64,000 nt of DNA from Antedon mediterranea (lineage: Eukaryota > Animalia > Echinodermata), in the NCBI RefSeq assembly GCF_964355755.1, contig NC_092675.1, forward strand, positions 8,489,812-8,553,811, written 5' to 3'. Below the pieces are notes generated by a model, which worked only from the letters and a program-made list of their open reading frames with translations, did not search any database and was not told where the DNA came from. Shown one piece after another: positions 29,201 through 41,600 of this stretch. Within the stretch, counting starts at the first letter, position 1. Each line of letters starts with the position of its first letter. Position numbers and translations under genes: made by a program.

Positions 29201-32200
29201 TTCACTGCTCAATGTTTCAGTGGTAGAATCTGTAGCAATAATCTGTAAGAAAAAATATGTTAGTCCCAGATTATCCTTCTTCTCTAAATGTTCATATATG
29301 GTTTAGTTCTCTACATTCCATATTAAATCCTAATTTTTGTCTAATTAAGACGCAATAGGAGATTGAATGAAGCTGAATACGGGCCAAAAAATACAGGTTA
29401 GGTAGGTTTCTTTTTTTCTTCTCAAAAAAGTGTAGCTTAGCTAGGTGAGAATATTTTCTAAATATTTTCCTGAAATTGCACTCTTCTCTAAAAATGGTGT
29501 TCATTCTGGAGGGAGACCATATGAAAATCAGGGCGGGTGCTGTATATACCAAAGTGATGGTGTACTGATAATATCTGACTAGCACGTGATAGACTTGGGT
29601 TTGAACCTATCTGTACCATACTAATTGCATCCTTAGGAAAGATGCTTTAATCTCATTGCCTCGTCCTTCGAATGGGATGTAAAGCCATTTGTCCTGTGTA
29701 CATATAGTGCATGTTAAAGACCTTTTTACACCATTTGAAAAGAGATGGGGATATTGTAAACCTGGAATTTGGTTTTTTTTTTCAAATTTTTTGTTGAATA
29801 TGTCATTTTAATGTCACGTAATAGTAATTCACTTTAACCTAAAACTAGATCGAAAAAAAAAAAATGATTTACCTGAAAAAATGTAATTTAAAGTAAAAAA
29901 TACCTAAATTGTCTGTCAGACAATGGTTTTTGGTTAAAATTAAGTGTTTTGTTAAATAATTTTTATTTTTTTTTACAGAAGTGAATAACTTGATTAAAAC
30001 TGCAAAATGGTGTATTTAAAGTCTGATTTTATTAATCTTTATTTTTTCATGTTTTTCGGGGACAATATATCTTTAACAAATCAACCCCACCATTGTACTG
30101 AGGTTTTTGAGAATATGAATCTCGTGCCCTCTGACATTGCACTCTTACCTTGTGAGTGTGAGTGTTAAGCACTGGACCAATGTCAAGCAAAACAATGCAG
30201 TGCAGCTCAGGGTTTTTAGCATCGCATGTACAGTTTTAAAAGCACAAGGAAATAACAGAGTAAACCTATAAATTTCCTTTTCAACAACGTAACATATCAT
30301 TTTTTTAATGAATCAGAGTATACTTACTTGAAGAGAGTATGATTGTCTACTTTCATAATCAATGGATTGTAAAAGAGTAAGGTTAACCACTGTACTACCG
30401 GTAGCTTGCAGTGGAATCGGACTAAAAAGCTCAGAATACATGCCATGGAGGCGCAGTGTGAAATCTGCATTGGTTCCCTGATTATAAGATACAAACAAAT
30501 ACAATATTTCAATACCGCACAAATTAAGTTCTAAAATGGTAAAATGTTTTGTTATAATAAATATAGTCATTTGAAATAAAGTATGTTAAAGTATAATGTT
30601 ATCATCATTGTTAACTTACCAAATCTGCATCACTCACTACAATCTGTAGAGGTAACTGTTGCCCATGTTGAGCAAATTCTGATATAGAAATATTATATTG
30701 TGATTTGCTGAAAGTAGGTGGCTGATCACTCACATCCTCTACCGATATTGAAAAAGTGGTTTTAACAGTAGCATTACCACCTACTTCAGTAGCCTAAAAA
30801 TAGATTTTGAAATAAAACACATTTATTTTCTTTATTTACTCTGGTTTTTCACTCTTTGAAATTTAAAGACAATATCTATGCATTTTTTCGATATAATTTA
30901 AGGTCACAAACTGCAATTTATGTAACAATAAATACTACATGTGCCTATTGCGATAATAATTTTCGCCTTAAAATGTGAAAAATAAGTTGACTATAATAAT
31001 TTAATAAGCTCGCTATAAATACCAGCAAGCATTGCGCATGGATTGATATTTTGATTTTGCTTCTGTAATGCACCCACTTTTGGTGGGATCGTGAAAATAC
31101 CAGGTCTTCCTCGACTTGTATTACAGACTCTGCCAAAAGACAATTAATTCAGTAACAAAACAAAGCCAGGCTAGGCCTACAAAACTGAGCCTAGCTTTTT
31201 ATCAGTAAATAACCATAGAATGTACATTTTTTTAGGATTACCTGGTTTAATGTTTTTAATATATAATAATTTTTTAATATATATATATGCAATATTTTCA
31301 GAAAATGTCAACAATTTAAGAGATAGTGTCTTTACAAATACATAATCTTTGTAAAATGCTTCAACTGACAAATTGTACACCATTCTGAATTGATGGGATG
31401 CACCTATATGGTGTGTTTACAGAGAAAAGCAATGAGAAACAAATCACACAATTTCTGTGATTTATTAAGAATATTTAGGAAACATGAATGTGTATAATTA
31501 CCATCACTGTAAGTTGTATAATACCAGAGAAGCCCTGCATTTCTCGGTCAATGACATCAATAACAGTTATGTTGCCAGTAGTTGGATCAATATGAAAGAG
31601 GCCTGCCTCATTTCCCTCAACAATACTGTAACTGATCATGTTTGGAACACCAGTGTCTTGGTCAACTGCACTGACTGTGGTGACAACAGTACCCTAAAAG
31701 ACAATGTTATATATTACATAATGCTATGTGTGAGGAATGATAGAGAATACAGAACAATGATGATTCAATTTAATGGGTTGGTGAACAACAATAATGAAAA
31801 ACAGATCAAAACTGTAATATACTCTCTTTTTTTATGATTTTCACTTACTATTGGTGCATTTTCTTGCACTGTTGTAGTATAGGGTTTATTTACAAAAACT
31901 GGCAGAGAGTCTTGGACATCTAGTACATCCAAAATAAATGAAGTGGTATTTTCAAGAGGTGGTGTTCCAAAGTCCTGTAAAAGTAAATTATGCATTTCAA
32001 ATACTCAATTTATAATGTTCATGTTATAAGTAAGTCATTGTACTATTGATATTATAATATAGTACTACTTAAGCATTACAAACTATATGAGCTATAGAAG
32101 TTAACTTACATTAGCTTTTATTGTAAACTGGTAAGTTTTTGTGACCTCATGGTTCAATGTTTCCCGTAAGCGAACTTCTCCAGATACTAAATCAACTGAA

Positions 32201-32650
32201 ATAACTGAAGTATTCTGAAAATACAAATATTGGCAACTTTGAATACAATATGAGTATAAGTACAGTAGTATCTCAAAACAAAAATGTTATTCATTTGATA
32301 AATGCTAGTATAATTAGTAAATTATTAACTATGTCACTAGAAAACGTCACATGTACTTGTTGATTATCAATGATATTTACTACTTGTTGATGTATCAATG
32401 ATATTAACTACTTGATGTGATTATGAAACAAGTATCTTTGGTAAATGTAGCATAACTTGAATTTTTACACGATGGTATATAAAGTTGGTTCGTAGTTTCG
32501 GTACTGATTTTAACCACCTGATGAAACACTGTTTACTAATTGAGTTGAGTTGGATAATTAGTTATTGACAATTAAAATCAATTTAGGTTAAATGATTTGC
32601 TCCAAATAGGGGTATTTTCTGATCATTTATTTGCGCTATATAAATCTATC

Positions 32651-32681
<31 letters not shown>

Positions 32682-35600
32682 CAAACATATTGATTGGCGA
32701 TGAATGGAACATTCTAACCTCTCAGTCTCCAAGTATAAATATTTGGTATAACACAAAGTAGGTACATTTATGGTCCCTTGGGGGATAAACTCAAAACCTT
32801 TGACAATAAATACATAAACCATTTTTTGTTGCCTTTTGAAATGCAAAAATGTCTTACTGTGAGTGTGGGTACTGTTATTTTTAGATATATAAACGAACAA
32901 ACTTTATTATTGACAGTTGCTTCTAAACGTTAATTGTATTAATTAATAATTCCAAAAAATATAAACATTGTAGTCGTGTATCGTGTATAAATCGTGCCAT
33001 ACCTCAAGTATTCGATATTCAGCACCTGTAATGCCTGTATCACCGTCAGTTGTTGAGATAGTAGTGATGACATAACCAACAGGTGTATCCTCCGCTATTG
33101 TAAATATATATGGTGTATTTACAAATTGAGGAGCATTGTCATTAATATCTAGAATAATAATAGAAGATGGAGCTTCAGTCTGTAAGAAGAAAAAAGCATT
33201 AGAGAATATTACCAAGTGGATTAATATACAAATAATGAATGTTTATGAGTGCAATGGTACAAATAATGGCACGAGGTGAATGATGAAAGGTTATATCAAC
33301 GAGGCAAAGCCGAGTTGATATAACCTTTCATCATTCACCAAGTGCCATTATTTGTACCATTACACGAATACAAAACATTCATTATTTGTTTTATATAACA
33401 TCTAGACGTTTTTTTTTCGTACACAAAAATGTTTCAAAAAGTACTATTTAACGATCGTTGAATAGTGCGTACTATTGCACGCCATGTGACCCACATTCGT
33501 CCAATCAAATGACAGGAATTTATATAGGTGTTATATAATACTGTATACTGTACATAGAATATGCAATTTAACCGCAAAGTTATTAGCATTTATATAACAC
33601 CTAAATAAATTCCTGTCATTTGATTGGATGAATGTGGGTCGCATTGCGTGCAATAGTATGCACTACTAAACGATCATTTAATAGTACTTTTTTTCCTGTA
33701 CGAAAAAAAAAAATCTTTTCCCGTTGGGAAAATATTTTGTTTTATACTATTGCTTTTGAAATACAACAGCGCCACATATTTTGTACTTTCGCCATGATTA
33801 GAATATTATGACTGGTTTTTGCGAAATGAAAGTACATTTCTGGAGAGATATATGTATGTATATACTAATTTAGATCAAATTTAGATCAGTTGTAGGATTT
33901 TGATTAAGTAATGGGAACATCTCTACAAGACGTGGAATCGTTGGAAAAAACATAATTAGCCTAGATGAGTTGATTAATTGTCTGTCTAAGTTTTGCCTTT
34001 CAGCCAAGCTGGGCCTAGGCCTGTTAGTATATTAGGCTAGGCATAGCCTACAGTAGGCGTTTTAGCCTTGCTAGGCATAGGATTGTTTGATCGTTTGTTG
34101 ACATAATTATTACTAAAGTTGGTGCGTTTATAAAATCCATATAAATATAACATTCAATATAATATTATTAAAAACCAAATGTTACTGTTTTAATCAATGT
34201 GAATCAAATGTATGCATTTGGCTATAAGGGCTACATTTTATTTGATTCAAATGACAGGAACTATTTACTGTAGATGTTATATAGAACAAATAATGAATAT
34301 TTTATATTTGGTAAATGATGAAAGGTAAAATATCAACTCGGCTTTGCCTCGTTGATATATAACCTTTCATCATTCACCTCATGCCATTATTTGTATCATT
34401 AGACTCATAAGCATTCATTATTTGTATAATATTAAATTAGTGATTACATATTCCAAAATGAAGTAGCAAATGAAATTCATTATTTCTATGAATTCATTTA
34501 CATTAATTTAGTATATTTATTAACAACAATTAATTCTACAAAAAGACTAAACACTGTTTAAGTCATGTAGTGTATGTACTGTATACTATACTCACTAAAA
34601 TGTCAACAAGAACAAAAATTAAGTTTCATGGGGTTTGCTAATTTTGCTTGTTGGGAGTAGTTGTCAGGATTCGATCATGTAGGCCTTTCATGCACATTGG
34701 TTAATTGTAGGTCATGTGTAAAATGCTGAAATTATTATTTTTTTTTTTATGACAAAAAACATTATATACTTACAGGATTATTTGTACCATCACTAATTGT
34801 AAATGAAACACCTATTACTATATCAGTCTGAAAATGAATCCACAAATTACATATTATATTTAACATTGATATTACAAAAAAATAAGTAATGAAAGGACTC
34901 AGAAACTGAGTAAGTACTTGGCAAATATATCAGGGAAAACATTATTCGGAGAGAGATAGGGCTCACTCTTGATATTTAAAAAAAATGCGGGAATAACCTG
35001 CAACTTGCAGCATACTGGGCTGAATTACGCAAAGGTGTGGACGACACAAGCAACAACTTTCTTCTACACTAAAGGTCCCTTCGTGTCGAGGGCTGCCACC
35101 TGTTCGTCTGTCCACAACGACAAGGGATGAATAAGGTTTATCGCAAATTGTGTGAGCGATGCATATGGGAAGGGTTTGGGAGCCATAGCACCACCACCAG
35201 TATATAAAGTTTGTATTATACGGTGGCGCTATTGCTCCTAACCCTTCCCATCATGCATTGTGCAATGACAATTCTCACGAAATCAAGGTATTTGCGATAA
35301 ACCTTATGGACCTGTGCACTGGGGTAACCCCCTACTCTTCCAAAAGATGAACTGGGTTCTTAAAAGTGCACACCAGATGCACTCTTGATCTCCACCTTTA
35401 AGTCCTCCACAACAATGGTCAAGGAGTGCCCTCTTGAACCTGTGCCGATTGTATAACTATGGATTGGTGCTCTCCCCGGCGGCCTTAGCCACTTGACTGA
35501 TGTTTTGGTCCATGTCAAAGAATATATATCCATATTAAAAGAATACAGAGGGCGTACTATTTAATATATCTTGTATGAATAACACTTTTTTTATTTGTGA

Positions 35601-38600
35601 AGTTCATGAACAGATTTCCTTGAATTTCAATAGACATGTTCTGTAAGATATCTATTTACATATACACTGAAAAATGATACTATACTGTACTTAGCAAAAT
35701 TCTATTTTACAAGTAAAAATAAACAAGCGGTGCACAATTCACACAACTTATGTAAATGAATAAGAGCTGGAACCAAACTATTACCAACCAAATTTGAATA
35801 ATTACCAATCAAGCATACTGCTTATTATGGTGTTAATGGTATATGCACAAATTAACCTATAATTTGACCATGCACTGAAATTATAGCTTGCTTGAATACA
35901 AACGAAATTATTACTGTAGTCTTGAAATAATGCATGCGAATAGTGTAACAGTCAAATAATAACTATTGTAGGTATGAGTCACGTAAGAATGATATTTTGC
36001 AGTTATATAGACATCATATTATTTCCAGTAGGCTGGTTGCCTATGGCCATAAACACATATTTTCTATTTTTTTTTTAGAAATAAAGTTTACCTCAGCATC
36101 TAATTTCTGGAGAATTCGAACTTCACCATTGAAAGGTCCAACAGATAAATAGTTAGGTTGTGATTGATCCTGCTTTATTATTCCATAAGTAACTGAAGCA
36201 CCCTCTGGATCACTTCCTGATAGTGTTAGTATCAGACTCCCTATAAAAAAACAAAATAAAATAATAATTAAAAAATCATAATAGATATTTCATGAAAAAT
36301 GCATGTGTTGTAAATGAAATCGTAAAGCTGTTGCTGTTACACAGTAGACCATTTTTTTTTTCTTATTCTTTACTGTCAAGAGAAACATACAAAACAGACA
36401 GAAATAAGTTATAATTATAATTATTAATAATAAAATGAAATTATAATGCTAATAATAAACTGCATTTTATTTATTGTAGTTCATTTAGTTTTTTGCACTT
36501 GATTTTTAAACCTAAACAAATTTAAAACGTCTTACCAACTGGCTTATCTTCTTCAATTAGATATACCGTTGCTGGTTGGCCTAAAGTATCAAATTGTGGA
36601 ATATCATCTGTGGGTGCATTATCTGTTAAAAATATTGATTTGGATCATTTAATAACAAACTATGATTAATATAAGAGTACAATGGTACAGTAATGAAAAG
36701 TAAATTTAGGTAATGGCATTGCTAATAAAAGTAAGAAGGAATATTTTTAAAATACATAATAACATAATAATGATTCATTGTTAAATATTTAGCTATGCTG
36801 AGACTCGGCTTGACAGATAAACTTTATGTCAAGGGTCAACATAAAACTAAAATGTGTTCTTCGCATGTGTAATGTGTGCATTGAAATTTTGAAATGCTCA
36901 GATTATTTCTAATCTATTTAAAGAGCATGTTTGAAGAGATATAACAGTGACTTTTTATTGTTAGGCACACACATTTTTATCCTGTACAGCATGTACAGTA
37001 GAGTAAGTAATCTAGAAATACCATTCTTGCAATTGATATTTGTTTTTCATATGTGATAAATTCCATTCATGTTCATGAACTCTGAATGTAAAGAAACAAT
37101 AAGCAATTTAATGCAAATTTTGTGTAAATGCCCATTTAGAATATATTTTAGCTCCTCAGAATGAAAGTTGAGCACCTATTTTTGTATGCATGTGCAATTT
37201 TGGCATATCGTATCTCACATATATTTTCTCGATTTCAAATTGTTATTCCTGAAACTTTCATGAGATACAGTAGTTAACTGTGCCCAGACATTACCAGAAC
37301 CAGATGACTGCGACATTAGATTGTTTATTGTACAATCATATGACATTTTTTAATTATTATTTATATTTTGAAATATGTCATGTCGAAGATTGAAAATTTT
37401 ACATCATAAACATTGCATACAATTGTTATGTTTATGATATGTACTCTTTATGATTTGTAATGGTTTTTAACATAGTTGTAGCATATAAAAAAATTGTTAA
37501 AAACACATCATTATCAATGATAATTTTAACACAAAAAGAAAAAAAAATGTTACAAGACATGTTTCAAAAGAACTGAGTTTTCAAATGGCGGGTGTCGTTG
37601 GGGAAAAAATTAGTCACCTGAGTACCAACAAAAGCCTATGCATACACATAAGCAGTTCTTACACAACCTATTGTTTGAAAATTTAGTTTTTGTGGGTCTG
37701 TTGTCAGTGATGATTATGTAATGCCTTTGACACAGATATAACCGCTTACAGTATTATTACAAACTTTTTTTCTTGCTGCTTAAAATTCAATAAACAATAA
37801 TTGAATAAAAAATAAAAAGTTTTTGTTGACTAGTATACTACTAGATAAATCAATTCAAATTTTCTAAAGTGTAATATCTGTGACGAAAGAGTCTTGAATG
37901 AGTTTAGTATTGGGAGATTTGACAATCAACTCATCATGATAAATCATCATTACAGTACGTTAATGATTTTCTATGGATCTTGTCTTTTTATACTGTACAT
38001 TCACTACAGTACTGTAGGTTAATACTTGTGTACTGCCATAATCCTGGCAGGACAACAATCACTTAATATTGCTCTTATTTGGTAAAAAAAATAAAGAGCA
38101 TTGCAATATAGTTAGTACAGTAAAATATATATCATCATGTTTCTGCTGCAACAAATTCATAAATTATGTTTATATTGTACACATGAGAAATTTCAGAGAA
38201 GATACACAAAGAAACCAAGTTATTAAAGAATTCTCACACTGTAAAAGCAGATAATATAGAGAGAGTCAAATCACTATTCAACATGCAAACTAACATTAGT
38301 TATTGAATTATCATCATTATAAGTCATAGATATCTATAGTTGGCTAGCACTTTAAGAACCTTGTAATGAAAGAAAACATTAGTAATAAAAACAATATTTG
38401 TTTAGAGCAAGTCTATGAAAAAGAAACTAAGTTTAATGACAAGTGCAAGCAACCTTAAATTCTTGAGCATTATACCAACTTGATCATGCGTCTCAATTTT
38501 CTAAAGCTTTAGATTTATAAGCGTGAGAAAATTGTCAAGATTCATCAATACCCAGATTTGTATTGTCATTGTCTAAATAGATTCGTCTACCATTATAATC

Positions 38601-41600
38601 TGTTTTGACTTTTCAATGAAAAGCCAAATAGGTAAGATTACTGTCTATATCCTTTAACAATATTATACAATTACTGTACAAATATATACAAAATTTGTAT
38701 ATTGTTAAAGAAAATGTAATTTTTATATTGCTTATGGCTGTTACAGCAATCTTAAGCATTGTAGTTTGTAGTCTTCTCTTTCTGGCTAAACATTTTAATA
38801 AAAGATTCTATTTTTGCAAGAGTTTGTATATCAGAATGCCAGCGATGGTACTAACTGATACAATCTTTTCCAATGTTATTATTATATTGACCCATAGAGA
38901 GAGGCCTATCAGTATTGACCATCAACTAAACAATTTGCATTGATAATAAATTTAAGTAAATTCTTAAATGAATGAAATAAAATGACTTTGCAATATGTCA
39001 TTTAAAATTTATTCAGTAGACATAGATGCAGCATTTATTAATAAGTCATTATCTATTTAAAACTGTTGACACTATTAGTATAAGAAGCATTCAAATTAAA
39101 GAATTAAAATTATGAAACAAATATTATCATTTATCTAGGAAAAACGTAGTACTTTTATCATGCATCAAGCTTGTGTTAATATAAATACACTGATAAGTAT
39201 TATTACCGTATTTATTCGAAAAAAAAACGCCCTTCATTTGGAATAAACACCCCCACCCTTTGAATAATAAATGCCTAGAAGCAATTATTTATTTCCTTGA
39301 TTAAACGCCCCAACCACATGCACATTACACAATATTGTACATTGACATGATCTACAATTTACTAAGAATTTTTTATACAATTTTTACTGTATTTTATAAC
39401 TTAATATCAATTGTGTTGTATTTATTTGATTACTGTATACAGTACTGTACATGTTAAGTTCAACGTAAATTATTTTCTTTCTTTCCTAAACTATTACAAT
39501 AATATAAATTAATAAGGTACTTAAATAAGGTACAGTAGGTTATCATATTACACCAAAACAAAAAATAAACGGCTCTTCCAAATAAACGCCTCCTTCGCAT
39601 AAAATCCCAACCTAAAAACCCTCTTATATTAATACAATATACTGGCGTTTATTCGAATAAATACGGTATACAATTTAAATAACTACTTTCTAAGCCTTAA
39701 TCAAGGGCGGATCCAGGGGTAGCATTTCCGCTTTATGACAGAATTTAATTATGAACAACCTTTTAATATCTATTTTTGACATACTATTAGTATTATATCT
39801 TAGCGCTCCTATAAAAGATTCTGGATCTGCCCTTGATACTAAAGGTACATATAGTTACTGTTAAGTATACCCAGATGTGAATAATAAGCCAAATGAAGTC
39901 CCAGAACTGTTTCCCTACAATACTTAGTCTACTCTAGCAAAGTATAAATTACTTTATTCACCCCAACTCACACAAATCACAGTTTTTTCCGATATAGTTA
40001 GGTTTGCAAGTGCATTCGTACGATGTACCATTGTCAGTACAGGTTCCACTATCACAAGGAGATGGGTCGCATAATGAACGCGCTGAAATGGTTTCCAAAT
40101 ATAGACATTTGTAATAGACATGTAATGTAATAACAGACTAGATTAATTATCAAGTATCAACTATAGTAGTACTGTAGGCATACAGTATAGAATTGAGTAA
40201 TCACTTTACAATTATAGGAATAGAACAGGTAATCAATATCATTAAACTGTGTTTATTAATTCAATAGTTATAAACTATACTAGCAGTAGGTTACTATCAG
40301 ATTCATGTGTAAGCAGTAATTGATGACATTACTTAATGAATTGTGTAAAACAAGAGGGGAAGTCGCATAATAAGTTGAAGGGGTCACTAACAACTGGGTT
40401 CATATTCACACAAAGGCCTAGGAGAGAAGAATTGGCGGAGCCAGACAATCTGCTTATTGCATTTCACCATGAAACCCATATTTATATATTTTTTTTTCAA
40501 TATTAGGGCGACCATAGTGTTGCCCGGAAAAACTCTTGAGTCCTTAAAAAATGTTACTTAGCGTCAGTATGCTTTATTTTAAGTATATTAAAGGCAAAAA
40601 CATATTTTTCTATAATTATTTTAAAAACTTACACAATTCACAATTCAATCCCACAAATAAATCTGGGCACTGACAATTGTAGAAAGTGTCTAAAGGTACA
40701 CATGTACCACCATTAAGACACGGAGAGTTGTTACACACTTCGCTATCTGAAACAGTTAAATTATTCCTTAGAGGCCGGTTAACACAACATGTAGCAGTGA
40801 ATGTAATGCTTCCAATCAAACATTCAATTCAGTAACAATTTCTTTCCCAAAATATGTTTTTATTATGATTCGAGGCTCTTTTACATTTTGTATAATTCAC
40901 TGACCTCTTAAGTCTGAGGTGGGATTTGAACCAGACATTGAGTAAGCAGGTTAATCACATGTTAGCACTCTATTATTGTATTGTTTGGTCCACCCAAACC
41001 TCCCCCTAACCCCCGCCTACTAAAAAAGAGACAGTGAACTTAACATGATTCTTTGAAGTGAATGACCCAATAAATCTATGCAATACTGTATCTCATTCAT
41101 AACATTACTAGCCTTAATAATAAACACACTTAATTTGATATAAAAAAACATGTTGCAATATAATCGCTACATAAGAATTATTATTATTATTGAAATACCA
41201 ACAAAACTATTTAATCAAAGAAACATGTACTACAGACATGATGATACTATACTATAATGCCTCCATAAATAACCAGTATAACACATCCTCCTTATTAATT
41301 TGCTATGAAGCATTATTTGAAATCAGTAATATTTTGTTATAGTATAACCAACTCCCTGGTATAATAAACATGAAAGAAGAAAAAATATGAATTATACTTT
41401 ATATACTTATTGAAAGGATTAATTTAAAATTAAACATTGACAAAGTAGATACAGATTATCAACTTACAATTATCACAGTCTTCTCCAGAAAATCCTGTGA
41501 TACAAGTACAAGTATAACTATTAGAAGATGCTGTAAATGTGCATATACCATCATTCTTGCAAGGATTCGGCTCACAACCTATACCAGATGAAATTGGAAA

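Noticed and set aside
141-36622. Assignment as Fat4 or Dachsous because of repeat number
   Set aside because: Many small exons and CDH23-like motifs at both ends of the EC array fit CDH23 better, although a phylogeny is needed to confirm.
37613-37740. Alternative signal-peptide exon for the cadherin ending at ctcag|gtgac
   Set aside because: The phase-1 frame shows no nearby ATG and no good hydrophobic core; the ATG-containing frame is phase 2.
38695-38943. Hydrophobic plus-strand ORF (also 42974-43261, 26695-26877, 45158-45397)
   Set aside because: T-rich low-complexity sequence with no splice context or recognisable domain.
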